A stretch of DNA of 46,707 nt. Source: Cyanophyceae cyanobacterium. Its GTDB lineage: Bacteria; Cyanobacteriota; Cyanobacteriia; Cyanobacteriales; Laspinemataceae. The first letter of the stretch is position 1; the number at the start of each line of letters is the position of its first letter. The stretch spans positions 1-46,707 of the forward strand of contig JBBQFN010000038.1 of assembly GCA_038321985.1 (NCBI GenBank), in the 5' to 3' direction. Of this stretch, positions 29,006 through 38,879 are shown piece by piece. The position numbers and the translations under genes were made by a program. The notes beneath the pieces were generated by a model that saw nothing but the letters and a program-made list of their open reading frames with translations, was not told where the DNA came from and did no database searches.

Positions 29006-32000
29006 ATGGCAACGTCACCCCTTCCCAAAGATGTTGTAATTCCCCGGCAGCAGTATCTCCAATCAGTCCACCAGGGAATATCTCGCTTGGGGAGTCAACC
29101 TCAGAATTTGCTGGTATTTTATGGCAGCGATCGCCTGGGGTGGGGAATGGGGAAAGCGATCGCACAGCAAATCAAACCCCAGGTTCCTTGCATCTATATT
29201 GATGGCATGGAAATCCGCCGTCGCAATCCTGCCACCGATGAACAAGCACTGATTGATTTACGGCATCAGTTGGGAGAAGGGAAAGACGATTTCAGTTCCT
29301 TTGATTTTGCCTTAGTCTATTATTTGTCCCAGAAATTTCCCTATCTGAATCTCACTCCCTCTCAATATGCCAAGGGAATGAATCGCGCCGATCGCCTGAG
29401 CACGGGTGCAGATTTAGCATCGGCATTTGCTGGCATTGATTTAGAGAAACTGTTGCAGAAAATGGGATTGCCGGAAGTTGGCACAACCATGCAGCAATTA
29501 TTACCGGATCTGTGGGGTGAATTGCAAGAAATTGCCAGGGATGGGATGCCGTTAATCACCTTTTTGCTGAAATTAAACTGGTTTTTCCTCAAAAATGCTG
29601 ACGCATGGCGGTGGTGGACAGAAATTGGATGTCGGGAGTTGCAACCCCTGAAAGATTATGTCAACTACTCTCAAGTTGTCAAATATTTACCCGAATTATT
29701 GGCGAGGGGGTTGCGGCAGTATCTTGATCGCCTCAAGAAACCTCTGGTGATTCTGCTAGATGACTATGAAGCGTTGCTGTTAGATAAGTATGAAGCATTG
29801 GCGGATCCATCGGAATGGTTGAAAACCCTAATTTCTCAACCGAATCCTTGGGTGTTGTGGGTAATTGTGGCACAGCGACTGCCGCAGTGGATGGAGGCGG
29901 GTGAGAGAATTCCAATACTGCCGCTAACCGAGACAGAAAGTCAGGAAGTTTTAACCAATGCGGGAATTACCGGCGATCTCCTCTTGTCAACCATCACCGA
30001 AATTTGCCAGGGTACACCTTATTATCTGCATCTGTCTGTGAAGCGTTGGCAGAAAATCCAGCAGAGGCGATCGCCGCAGGTGGAAGATTTTGGGGGAAAA
30101 CCGGAGGAATTTCTCACCACAGAAGCAGCAACCTGGGACCCCGAGGAACTGCGAATGCTGCAAGTCTTGGCAATTCCGCGTCAGTGGGATGAGGCAAGGT
30201 TCGATCGGCTGATGCAACAGCAGCATCTGGAAACTTGGCGGGGACGGTTTACGGAAGTGATTGCCTCTCCTTATATAGAAGGAGTGGCAGAGGGGAAATG
30301 GCAGTTGCATCCTCTGATGCGGCAATATTTGCTAGAAACCCAACCGCAGCAGCAACGGCAAACCCTGCATCAGGGATTATATGAAGAGTTGCAGCAGGAG
30401 TATCTCCAGGCGCAAACCCCGCAAGCGGCAATCTTGGCGCTGGATGAGGCATTGGATCAAGCAATAGACAGCAGTCATTCCGAGGATGCGACTGCCTGGG
30501 TATTGGCGCAGATGCAGATTCACCAGCAACAGTCTCAACATTCGGAAGTTGTCGAGATGTTGCGATCGCGGGTGAAACGTCTGGGGGAAACCGTCACCGC
30601 AACCACTGCCAAGGCACAGATGCTGCTAGGGTATTCCTTATCCGAGTTGGGAGAAACCGAGAAAGCGCTAAGGGAATTAGAAACCGCCAAGGCGCAATAT
30701 GCGGCAGTGGGATTAGGGGACAGTTTAGAAGCGGCGCGAGTGGAGTATGAATTGGCGGGGGTGTATCTTGCCTGCGATCGCACCTTTGATGCCAAAAATG
30801 CGGCAAAGCGATCGCGGCAGTTGCGCCAACAGCAGTTAGGGAAGGATGCGCCAGAGGTGGCAGAGGTTCTCAACCGCCTAGCGGCGATCGCCTGCGACTG
30901 TGGGGAATATGGAGAAGCGGTTTTATGTTGCGATCACGCCTTAGAAATCCTCAACTCCCAACCCCACCCCATCCAACTGGCAACAGTCAAAAAAACCGCA
31001 GCATTATTAAAGATTTACAACAACCAACTCGATGATGCAGCACAACTCTGCAAAGAAGCGCGAGAGTTAGCAATAGAAGTCGGAGGAGAAAATCATGCGA
31101 TCGCCATCCAGAGTCTGATGATGTTAGGGGGTATTCATTCTCGCATGGGACCCCGTTTATATCCGAAGTCTTTGGCAGAATATCAAGAAGCGCTAACTGC
31201 GGCAGAGGAGGTATTTGGTCCTAGTCATATCCAAACCTTAACTTTATTACAGGCAATGGCGGAGTTATGTCGAAAAATGGGACAGCATCAAGCAGCAGAT
31301 GAGTATGCGGAACGTCATAATGCTTATGTCAAAGTTGGAGAGTCAGAGGTAACACCTCAATTGGCGCGGCGATTGAATCTTCTTGGTTTGGCACTTTATG
31401 AGAAAGGAGAATACGGCAAAGCGGAACCGTTATGGAAACAAGCGCTAAATTTTTACCAAAAAGTCTTCGGTGACGAGCATCCGGATACTGCTACCAGTCT
31501 CGATAATTTGGCAAATTTGTACGGTTCACAGGGACGGTATGACAAGGCGGAACCGTTATTGAGACAAGCGTTAAATATTCGCCGCAAACTCCTCGGAGAT
31601 GAGCATCACGATACTGCTACCACTCTCAATAATCTGGCAAACTTGTACTATTCGCAAGGACGGTATGACGAGGCAGAACTACTTTTAATGCAAGCGCTGA
31701 ATATTCGCGGCAAAGTCCTCGGTAATGAGCATCAAGATACTGCTAACAGTCTCAATAATTTGGCAGGATTTTATAATTTGCAGGGACGGTATGATGAGGC
31801 AGAACTACTTTTGATGCAAGCGCTACATATTAACAACAAAGTTCTCGGGGATGAGCATCCAGATACTGCTAACAATCTCAATAACTTAGCAGAAGTGTAC
31901 CGTTCCCAGGGACGGTATGCCCAGGCGGAACCGTTATTGAAACAAGCGTTAAATATTCGCCGCAAACTCCTCGGAGATGAGCATCACAATACTGCTACCA

Positions 32001-32422
32001 CTCTCAATAATCTGGCAAACTTGTACTATTCGCAAGGACGGTATGACGAGGCAGAACTACTTTTTGTGCAAGCGCTGAATATTCGCGGCAAAGTTCTCGG
32101 TAATGAGCATCCCGATACTGCTAACAGTCTCAATAACTTAGCAGACGTGTACCGTTCCCAGGGACGGTATGATGAGGCAGAACTACTTTTTGTGCAAGCG
32201 CTGAATATTTGGCACAAAGTGTTCGGTGATGAGCATCCCAATATTGCTTACAGTCTCAATAATTTGGCAGTATTGTATGATTCCCAGGGAAGGTATGGCG
32301 AGGCGGAAGCGCTTTACCTGCAAGCGCTGAATATTTGGCGCAAAGTCCTCGGAGAGGAGCATCCGAATACCAAAAAAACAGCAGAAAACCTTCAGAGATT
32401 GCGGGATAAGCGCAATTCTTAA
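29006..32422 (+). CDS. STAND-like NTPase (degenerate Walker A) with C-terminal 42-aa TPR repeats
   Basis: LLVFYGSDRLGWGMGKA, Walker B PLVILLDDYE, GTPYYL (GxP), WQLHPLMRQY (MHD-like), then LGDEHPDTATSLNNLA-type repeats. Confidence 0.85.
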   Translation: MATSPLPKDVVIPRQQYLQSVHQGISRLGSQPQNLLVFYGSDRLGWGMGKAIAQQIKPQVPCIYIDGMEIRRRNPATDEQALIDLRHQLGEGKDDFSSFDFALVYYLSQKFPYLNLTPSQYAKGMNRADRLSTGADLASAFAGIDLEKLLQKMGLPEVGTTMQQLLPDLWGELQEIARDGMPLITFLLKLNWFFLKNADAWRWWTEIGCRELQPLKDYVNYSQVVKYLPELLARGLRQYLDRLKKPLVILLDDYEALLLDKYEALADPSEWLKTLISQPNPWVLWVIVAQRLPQWMEAGERIPILPLTETESQEVLTNAGITGDLLLSTITEICQGTPYYLHLSVKRWQKIQQRRSPQVEDFGGKPEEFLTTEAATWDPEELRMLQVLAIPRQWDEARFDRLMQQQHLETWRGRFTEVIASPYIEGVAEGKWQLHPLMRQYLLETQPQQQRQTLHQGLYEELQQEYLQAQTPQAAILALDEALDQAIDSSHSEDATAWVLAQMQIHQQQSQHSEVVEMLRSRVKRLGETVTATTAKAQMLLGYSLSELGETEKALRELETAKAQYAAVGLGDSLEAARVEYELAGVYLACDRTFDAKNAAKRSRQLRQQQLGKDAPEVAEVLNRLAAIACDCGEYGEAVLCCDHALEILNSQPHPIQLATVKKTAALLKIYNNQLDDAAQLCKEARELAIEVGGENHAIAIQSLMMLGGIHSRMGPRLYPKSLAEYQEALTAAEEVFGPSHIQTLTLLQAMAELCRKMGQHQAADEYAERHNAYVKVGESEVTPQLARRLNLLGLALYEKGEYGKAEPLWKQALNFYQKVFGDEHPDTATSLDNLANLYGSQGRYDKAEPLLRQALNIRRKLLGDEHHDTATTLNNLANLYYSQGRYDEAELLLMQALNIRGKVLGNEHQDTANSLNNLAGFYNLQGRYDEAELLLMQALHINNKVLGDEHPDTANNLNNLAEVYRSQGRYAQAEPLLKQALNIRRKLLGDEHHNTATTLNNLANLYYSQGRYDEAELLFVQALNIRGKVLGNEHPDTANSLNNLADVYRSQGRYDEAELLFVQALNIWHKVFGDEHPNIAYSLNNLAVLYDSQGRYGEAEALYLQALNIWRKVLGEEHPNTKKTAENLQRLRDKRNS
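31547..32137 (+). repeat. 126-bp TPR repeats with a near-identical block duplicated at a 378-bp offset
   Basis: 31547-31759 matches 31925-32137 with few substitutions. Confidence 0.9.
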
Positions 32423-32614
32423 TTTGAGGGAATCATTGTTCGGTTTGTCCAGAAAAATGAGGCAGCAATTAACCCCAATGGTGCGGCAATTCATCCCGGA
32501 AGGTGCGTCAATGCAAACATAGAGGATGCCGAATTCATTAGGTACAGATAGCGATGGGAAGTGCGTTTGCGGAACGTATCGCCGAACCCCGTCGCCGAAT
32601 CTCTGGCAAATCGC

Positions 32615-32672
32615 GACAACCGCAGGCGGTTAAAACCCCCCGCTAATAGCTGAAGTCGGTTAAAACCGACTG
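32615..32672 (+). repeat. Third copy of the double-hairpin REP (CTAATAGCTGAAGTCGGTTAAAACCGACTG)
   Basis: Matches 28753-28810 directly and is inverted relative to 32875-32936. Confidence 0.85.
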
Positions 32673-32728
32673 ATGGCTCAAAATTTGTTAACTGGCTGAA
32701 ACCGTAGCTAAAATCAGCCGGTTGTTGA

Positions 32729-32936
32729 TGAAAATGCCTTTTTTTGGCCGCACCTTCTCCCATAATAACAATCTACCAAAAATCCCAAACCTTGTCAACA
32801 GGTTTCCGCAAATTTGTACAAACCCTGATTCCCCCATCCCATCCCAAAACCCCACCCATTAAAAATCATCTCCCCAGTCGGTTTTAACCGACTTTAGCTA
32901 TTAGGCCGCCAATCGTTTAAACCCCCGCCGGTTGTC
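32729..32936 (-). repeat. Right copy of the ~200-bp inverted repeat (REP + promoter)
   Basis: Reverse complement of 28753-28955. Confidence 0.92.
32770..32798 (-). promoter_or_regulatory. sigma70-type promoter TTGACA-N17-TAGATT pointing antisense toward the STAND-TPR gene
   Basis: AATCTA (32770-32775), 17 bp, TGTCAA (32793-32798) on the + strand. Confidence 0.7.
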
Positions 32937-32975
32937 GCTGTTTCATGGCCTTCCCCCAGACCACTCTTAACAGAC

Positions 32976-33003
32976 AAGGGACACGGCTTTTGCCATGTCC
33001 CTT
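32976..33003 (-). terminator. Hairpin downstream of the FKBP gene
   Basis: AAGGGACACGGC-TTTT-GCCATGTCCCTT. Confidence 0.55.
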
Positions 33004-33035
33004 AAGCACGATCGCAATTCCGAAGAATAGGGAAT

Positions 33036-33602
33036 TTACCCAGCGATTCTGAGCAGTTCTACATCAAAATTTAAGGTTGCATTAGGCGGAATTACTCCAC
33101 CTGCACCGCGAGCACCGTAGCCTAAGTCTGGGGGAATCACTAATTCGCGACGTCCGCCGACTTTCATCGTCGAGAGACCTTCATCCCAACCTTTGATGAC
33201 TTGACCGACTCCGAGTTTGAATGAAAATGGCTGATTACGATCGCGGGAACTGTCAAACTTTGTACCATCTTCTAAGGTTCCGGTGTAGTGAACCACAACG
33301 GTTTGACCCTTTTGTGGTGTTGCACCCGTCCCTTCTACTGTGTCCGTGTATTTCAGACCGGAATCTGTCGTTACCATAGTTGTCGTTGTCTCCTCTTGTG
33401 TGGTGTCAGCGCTGGCTATTTGCGTCTGAGGGGTCAAGCGTTGTGCCAATAGCGATTTGGTAGGCGTTGGCACTTCAGTTGTGGTTTGAGTCGGGTTAAT
33501 GTTGGATGCGATCGCCTGACTGGAGCGATCGGTAAACTGAGCGACCACCAGCACCAAAACGCAGGCCAGCATCACCCCCAAGCTGATTAAAATTTCGCGC
33601 AA
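33036..33602 (-). CDS. FKBP-type peptidyl-prolyl cis-trans isomerase
   Basis: [54 protein letters not shown] precedes the TTG start. Confidence 0.96.
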   Translation of the reverse strand: MREILISLGVMLACVLVLVVAQFTDRSSQAIASNINPTQTTTEVPTPTKSLLAQRLTPQTQIASADTTQEETTTTMVTTDSGLKYTDTVEGTGATPQKGQTVVVHYTGTLEDGTKFDSSRDRNQPFSFKLGVGQVIKGWDEGLSTMKVGGRRELVIPPDLGYGARGAGGVIPPNATLNFDVELLRIAG

Positions 33603-33756
33603 AATCAGTCCTCCTGAGTAGCCTGTAGTGGCTCCAATCGTCCGGTTACGGATTGATAACCGAGCGATCGTAGCCTGATCCCTACTCTAACGCCAAATGT
33701 CCCCCAGATAATCCGGGTTTTCTCCCTTGACAATCCTACCGGGGGAGCAAATGCTC

Positions 33757-34080
33757 CTAATGCCACTGCTTATTTTCCAAGGCGCGAATTTGACGTTCTA
33801 GGCGATCGAGGCGGCCGCGCAGTTCATCCATCTCGGCTTGACGCGGCACTCCTAGGTCTTGCATGACGTTCCGGATCTGGCGCTGCACCTGGGTTTCAAA
33901 GTTCCCTTGTTCCGATTTCATCTGCTGCATGAGATCGTCTACAAAATGTTTAGCTTGATCGGGATTTAGTTTGCCATCTTGGACCCACTGGTCGCTGACC
34001 TCTTTGATTTTCTCGGCAACTAGAGAGGTTGTACCAATGCCGATTAACAGCAGTTGCTTGAGCAGATTATTCGCATCCAT
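33757..34080 (-). CDS. Phasin family (PHA granule-associated) protein
   Basis: LLIGIGTTSLVAEK...DLGVPRQAEMDELRGRLDRLE. Start at MDANNLL (34080). Confidence 0.8.
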   Translation of the reverse strand: MDANNLLKQLLLIGIGTTSLVAEKIKEVSDQWVQDGKLNPDQAKHFVDDLMQQMKSEQGNFETQVQRQIRNVMQDLGVPRQAEMDELRGRLDRLERQIRALENKQWH

Positions 34081-34363
34081 ATTGTTTTCCTGTGACTGGG
34101 TTTTGAAAATATCATCTACGATAGCGCGGGCCTTCCAAAGCGGTCGATCGCTGACTTTATTCTGGCCCACTCTTCTATTGTGGGATATCCTATCCTACTT
34201 GTGCGGGTGGGCTACCGGGTCGGTTGTAGGGGTTTCATTCTTGGGGGGGCCGCCCTCAGCCCCAGTGCTTAGGCTAGGATAAAACAAAGCGCTTTGAAAT
34301 GAGTGAGGAAACCCGCACTCAATCTCGATCGCCCTGTCACGGATAAAATCCCCATTTGCAATC

Positions 34364-34726
34364 ATGTCTGATTGTCCTCAGTGTCATCAATCGGTTGATG
34401 TCCAAGCTGTCAAATGTCCCTACTGCCAAACTCCACTTAAGGGATTTGGTCACCCCGGTATTCCCCTGCATCAGGCTAACTCGCAGATGTATTTATGCCA
34501 GAGTTGTACTTACCACGAGGACGATACCTGCAACTATCCTCAGCGACCTTACGCTAAAACCTGTACTCTTTATCACGATAAATCTCAACCCCTGGTCCCA
34601 GTGGTTCAAACCCCCTATTCTCAGCAAGGGTCCTTCCGAGGGATAGAGAGATGGGTCAGGCGGAATCCGGGGACGATCGCCGTAGTAGCGATCGCCCTGA
34701 TTAGCCTATTCCTGGCGCTGCGCTAA
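34364..34726 (+). CDS. Zinc-ribbon protein with C-terminal TM helix
   Basis: CPQC, CPYC and CQSC...C...C motifs; hydrophobic C-terminus. Confidence 0.8.
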   Translation: MSDCPQCHQSVDVQAVKCPYCQTPLKGFGHPGIPLHQANSQMYLCQSCTYHEDDTCNYPQRPYAKTCTLYHDKSQPLVPVVQTPYSQQGSFRGIERWVRRNPGTIAVVAIALISLFLALR

Positions 34727-34739
34727 CCTCACCGGCGAA

Positions 34740-35852
34740 CTAAGCGCCACTTTCGACTTGGGCAATCAACTGATCCAGCGACTGCTGCATTTGAGTACAA
34801 ACCCTTTGATAGCACTCCCTTACATAAGCGCGATCGATTGCTGCCTCTCGTCCGTACCGCTCAAAGATGACGGGTTCGCAAATCCGAGTATGAATCTGAG
34901 CAGGTAGGGGAATATTGGGCAAGGGTCCAAACGCAATCCCCCAAGGCAGACCCAAATAAATTGGAAATACCACCGGATCAATGTCGAATATCCAAGGCAT
35001 TCCCCACTCCTCATGCAAGTGGCGCATCTGCTTATAAATATCCGCAATCACAAACAGGGTATCGTGAGCACCATAAGAAATAATCGGTAAAATCGGCGCA
35101 TTTTCTCGCAGGGCCAACTTAATAAACCCCTGGCGACCAGCAAAATAAATTTTATCCCGCATCGGGTGGGGACGAAACACATCCTCTGGACCTCCAGGAT
35201 AAACTAATACCGTTGCCCCCTGTTGCAACGCGGCGATCGCCATTCGCGGATTGGCCCGCACCGCCCCACATTGGGCCGCATTACGAACCACAATCTCGGG
35301 AAACACATCCCAAACAGTCGGGTGCATCAGTCCGTAAGCAGGGCGATCAAACCCTTGCCGACGAAACCAATCATACATAAACATCAACATATCCGGTGCC
35401 GCCAGTCCTCCATTGTGAGAACCCACTACCAGCATTTTCCCCTCGGGTAAAACGTGATGCCATCCCTCCGTTTGTACCCGAAAATAGTGCTGGTAAGCCC
35501 ATTCCCATAGCGGCATAAAAGATTGAATCACCTGGGGGTCACGCAGGTCTAACGACCAACCATCATAGGGATGGTAGTCGCCCTTTCGTGCGAGTAACCC
35601 AGGTCCAAAGAACGATTCCAGGTTGTCAAACAAAGCGTCTCTAAGCCCTTCCACAGCAGAATAGCGCTTTCCAGAATAATCTGGTCCGCACGCTCTTGAC
35701 AAATTTAAAAAGTCTGGGGACTCCGATTGTCGCTCTGTAGCCCCGTCACCCCCTGGAAGCCGACTTCCAGCCTCCTCGAAGACTTTGGGGCCGTCATCTC
35801 CCCAATTCCCACTCCTCCTCCCCTGTCCACAAAACTGCGATATCCTCGTCAC
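34740..35852 (-). CDS. Lysophospholipid/glycerol acyltransferase (PlsC-like)
   Basis: GSHNGGLAAPD (HxxxxD-like), LVYPGG, GRQGFIKLAL. Start uncertain. Confidence 0.88.
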   Translation of the reverse strand: MTRISQFCGQGRRSGNWGDDGPKVFEEAGSRLPGGDGATERQSESPDFLNLSRACGPDYSGKRYSAVEGLRDALFDNLESFFGPGLLARKGDYHPYDGWSLDLRDPQVIQSFMPLWEWAYQHYFRVQTEGWHHVLPEGKMLVVGSHNGGLAAPDMLMFMYDWFRRQGFDRPAYGLMHPTVWDVFPEIVVRNAAQCGAVRANPRMAIAALQQGATVLVYPGGPEDVFRPHPMRDKIYFAGRQGFIKLALRENAPILPIISYGAHDTLFVIADIYKQMRHLHEEWGMPWIFDIDPVVFPIYLGLPWGIAFGPLPNIPLPAQIHTRICEPVIFERYGREAAIDRAYVRECYQRVCTQMQQSLDQLIAQVESGA

Positions 35853-36150
35853 ACCCTCGTCATATTTGTCTTTTACATTAATAATAGTCAGCCTTTCAAC
35901 CCTGTTGAAACTCTCTCAAGCGGTGCCGATTTGGGTCTGGCTTTATGCTAAAAAGGTTGATCAATAGCGAGTTTCCATCATTCAGGCAACCTGACGCGGT
36001 TTGTTCTGGGTCTAACCCAAACATGAAAGCACCCAGTTTTTCCCCTGAATTCTTCCCGATTGATTGCGACGGGCTATATTATCCCGACTGCAAGCAAGAA
36101 CGCTTGAGTTTTAAGGTAATGCAGGAGTTTTGCAGCAGGAGTTACTACCC

Positions 36151-37419
36151 ATGAAAACAACCCAGGATAATTTCCACACCCCTTCAAAAAAATTGAATAA
36201 TTCCAATAATCCGGGTTCTGCCCCCAGTTGGCAAAAATCCCTAACCTATTTTTCCATGTTCCTCCTCGGCGCAAGTGCTACCTGGTCAGGGACTCAATTT
36301 TTGAGCGGGCAAATGCTAGTTTCACCCCAAGTGAGTGCTGCTTCTACCTCTGGAGTCCAAACTGCAGTACCCGTTCAGGCTAGATTGCCCATAACGGACA
36401 GCAATTTTATTACGACAGTTGTTCAGGAAGTTGGCCCTGCGGTGGTCCGGATTAATGCCTCTCGGACGGTAACCACGCAAATTCCTGATGGCTTTAATGA
36501 TCCCTTTTTCCGGCAATTTTTCGGGTCACGATTGCCGGTGGAACCCCAAGAGCGGGTGGAACGGGGGATGGGTTCTGGATTTATTATCAGTAATGACGGC
36601 CAGATTCTGACTAATGCCCATGTTGTGGCCGGTGCGGATACGGTGGAGGTCACCCTCAAAGATGGCCGCACGTTTACGGGTCAAGTTATGGGTACGGATC
36701 CGGTGACGGATGTGGCGGTGGTAAAAATTGAGTCGAATAACTTGCCGAGGGTGAGTATCGGGGACTCGGAGCAATTGCAACCGGGAGAATGGGCGATCGC
36801 GATCGGTAATCCTCTCGGGTTGGATAATACCGTTACCGTTGGCATTATCAGCGGGACGGGTCGCTCTAGCTCTCAAGTCGGGGTCCCGGATAAGCGGGTG
36901 AACTTCATTCAAACCGATGCGGCTATCAATCCCGGTAACTCAGGTGGCCCCTTGCTCAACCAGAGCGGTGAAGTCATCGGTATGAATACCGCCATCATTC
37001 AAGGTGCTCAAGGTCTCGGATTTGCTATCCCAATTAATCGCGCTCAAGATATTGCTCAACAATTGATCGCTAACGGTAAAGTTGATCATCCCTATCTGGG
37101 TATTCAAATGGTGCAACTGACTCCAGATGTGAAAAGCCAAATTAACAGCAATCCCAATGCCGAATTAACCGTTACCGAGGACCAAGGGATTTTAATTGCC
37201 CGAGTCCTGCCGGATTCCCCCGCAGCCCGCAGCGGAGTCCGCGCTGGTGATGTGATCGTCACTATTAATGGGGTCCAGATGACGGATGCTAATGCGGTAC
37301 AACAGCAAGTGGAACGCACCCCTGTTGGGGGCAATTTGCAATTGCAAGTGATTCGGAATGGGCAGCCGATAACCCTAGCGGTGCAACCCGGGGCTTTCCC
37401 TCCCCAAGCTAACAATTAA
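36151..37419 (+). CDS. HhoA/HhoB/HtrA family serine protease with PDZ domain
   Basis: TNAHVV, DVAVV, DAAINPGNSGGPL triad motifs; C-terminal PDZ. Confidence 0.96.
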   Translation: MKTTQDNFHTPSKKLNNSNNPGSAPSWQKSLTYFSMFLLGASATWSGTQFLSGQMLVSPQVSAASTSGVQTAVPVQARLPITDSNFITTVVQEVGPAVVRINASRTVTTQIPDGFNDPFFRQFFGSRLPVEPQERVERGMGSGFIISNDGQILTNAHVVAGADTVEVTLKDGRTFTGQVMGTDPVTDVAVVKIESNNLPRVSIGDSEQLQPGEWAIAIGNPLGLDNTVTVGIISGTGRSSSQVGVPDKRVNFIQTDAAINPGNSGGPLLNQSGEVIGMNTAIIQGAQGLGFAIPINRAQDIAQQLIANGKVDHPYLGIQMVQLTPDVKSQINSNPNAELTVTEDQGILIARVLPDSPAARSGVRAGDVIVTINGVQMTDANAVQQQVERTPVGGNLQLQVIRNGQPITLAVQPGAFPPQANN

Positions 37420-37459
37420 TCGGTTTCAGCAGTACCTAAATTGAGATAATTTTTTCGGG

Positions 37460-37508
37460 CTCGGTTGTGGAATGTTTGCTAAGACTTCCACAACCGAGTC
37501 ATTTTTTT
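37460..37508 (+). terminator. Intrinsic terminator after the protease gene
   Basis: CTCGGTTGTGGAA-loop-TTCCACAACCGAG followed by a T tract. Confidence 0.7.
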
Positions 37509-37615
37509 AAGGGCTTTGATTTTCTGATCTGAGTTTTTTTAAGCGAGAATTAGATAATCAGTTTAAATAGAAGCGATCGCAGGTTAAGACCGAGCAAGGG
37601 TGGAGGGCATTTTTA

Positions 37616-38488
37616 TTAAACTGTGGCGGTGACCACGCAGTCGCGTCCTTGCGTCTTCGCCTGATATAAAGCCGTATCTGCTGCATACATGAGTTCTTTT
37701 CCGCTTAACCCATGTTGGGGAAAAACTGCCACTCCAAGGGAGATACTCACTCCCGGAAGATTTTCCCTTAAATAAGCGAGTTTGAGGTCTTTAACCTGTT
37801 GCCGCAGATGTTCGGCTTGCTGCTGAGTTTTTTCTAAAGAGGCTTCGGGTAAAATTAACATAAACTCCTCTCCCCCATATCGACAAGGAATATCAAGAGC
37901 GCCACTTTCGGTCTGTAGCAGCTCTCCGAGTCCACGCAACACTACATCCCCGGCCTCATGTCCAAAACTATCGTTAAATCGCTTAAAATGGTCAACATCC
38001 AGCATGATTAGACCGAGCGATCGCTCAGTCATTTGAGCCCGACACAGTTCGCGTTCTAAGGATTTTTCTAAATACCGTCGGTTAAACAAACCCGTCAAAG
38101 CATCACGCATACACTGTTCGTGCAGTAAATCTTCCACGAGGTCGGCGTGTTCAACAATCGTCTCTAGCATGATTTCTAGATCCGCCTTTTCTCGAAGTAG
38201 GTTGGTCACCAAAAAGTGGTACATGGATTCTACCTGCTTGCGGTCCCTTCGTTCAGCTTCTAGTTTTTGAGTCAACTCCGTCACCAATGCGCTTAAGGTG
38301 TGTGTATGGAGCATCAAGGTTTTTTGGGTAAATAGCAGTTTGGCCTTTTCCTGCTTAAATTTATTAAGTTTTAGGCGCAATCTTTCCACTTCCCATACTA
38401 AAGAATCGTTTTGTACTGGCTCATTTTCATCGGCTTGATAGTATTTTGTTTTGACATAAATCAGGTTTATCGATGGCTCTATTGTCAT
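37616..38488 (-). CDS. Diguanylate cyclase (coiled coil + GGDEF)
   Basis: DALTGLFNRR, DVDHFKRFNDSFGHEAGD, RYGGEEF, AKTQGRD. Confidence 0.93.
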   Translation of the reverse strand: MTIEPSINLIYVKTKYYQADENEPVQNDSLVWEVERLRLKLNKFKQEKAKLLFTQKTLMLHTHTLSALVTELTQKLEAERRDRKQVESMYHFLVTNLLREKADLEIMLETIVEHADLVEDLLHEQCMRDALTGLFNRRYLEKSLERELCRAQMTERSLGLIMLDVDHFKRFNDSFGHEAGDVVLRGLGELLQTESGALDIPCRYGGEEFMLILPEASLEKTQQQAEHLRQQVKDLKLAYLRENLPGVSISLGVAVFPQHGLSGKELMYAADTALYQAKTQGRDCVVTATV

Positions 38489-38879
38489 GACTTTGCACTC
38501 CTTTAAACTCCTTTATTATACAGCCCCTATAAATCAGTTGTCATCCTTTTGATAGATGCAAGTTTTCCCAAAATGTAGTAGCTTCACTTTTCGGGAGTTC
38601 CCAGTTTTCCATTGCTTTAGGAACATGATAGTTCCCGTGGCCGTCAGCGTCGGTATCTTAATGATCACCTGGATTAGATTTTTTCTAAATTTTCCGAAAG
38701 AATGGGCAAAATTCCCGATGTTTCCCCCATTCTAAACCTTTAAACTTCCGTTTAAAAACTCCCTTTATAATCGCCTTTCAGTTAGGCAAGCCTAGGAAAG
38801 CCACTCTTTTTTACTTCCCGAACAGAGAGTTTTATAAGAAGTGATTAAGCGGATATTTTAAAAAATTAATTCAACGGAC

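Noticed and set aside
32491..32763. 90-aa ORF starting just after the right promoter
   Set aside because: It is translated through REP hairpins, has no recognisable domain, and the equivalent frame is not maintained in the left copy.
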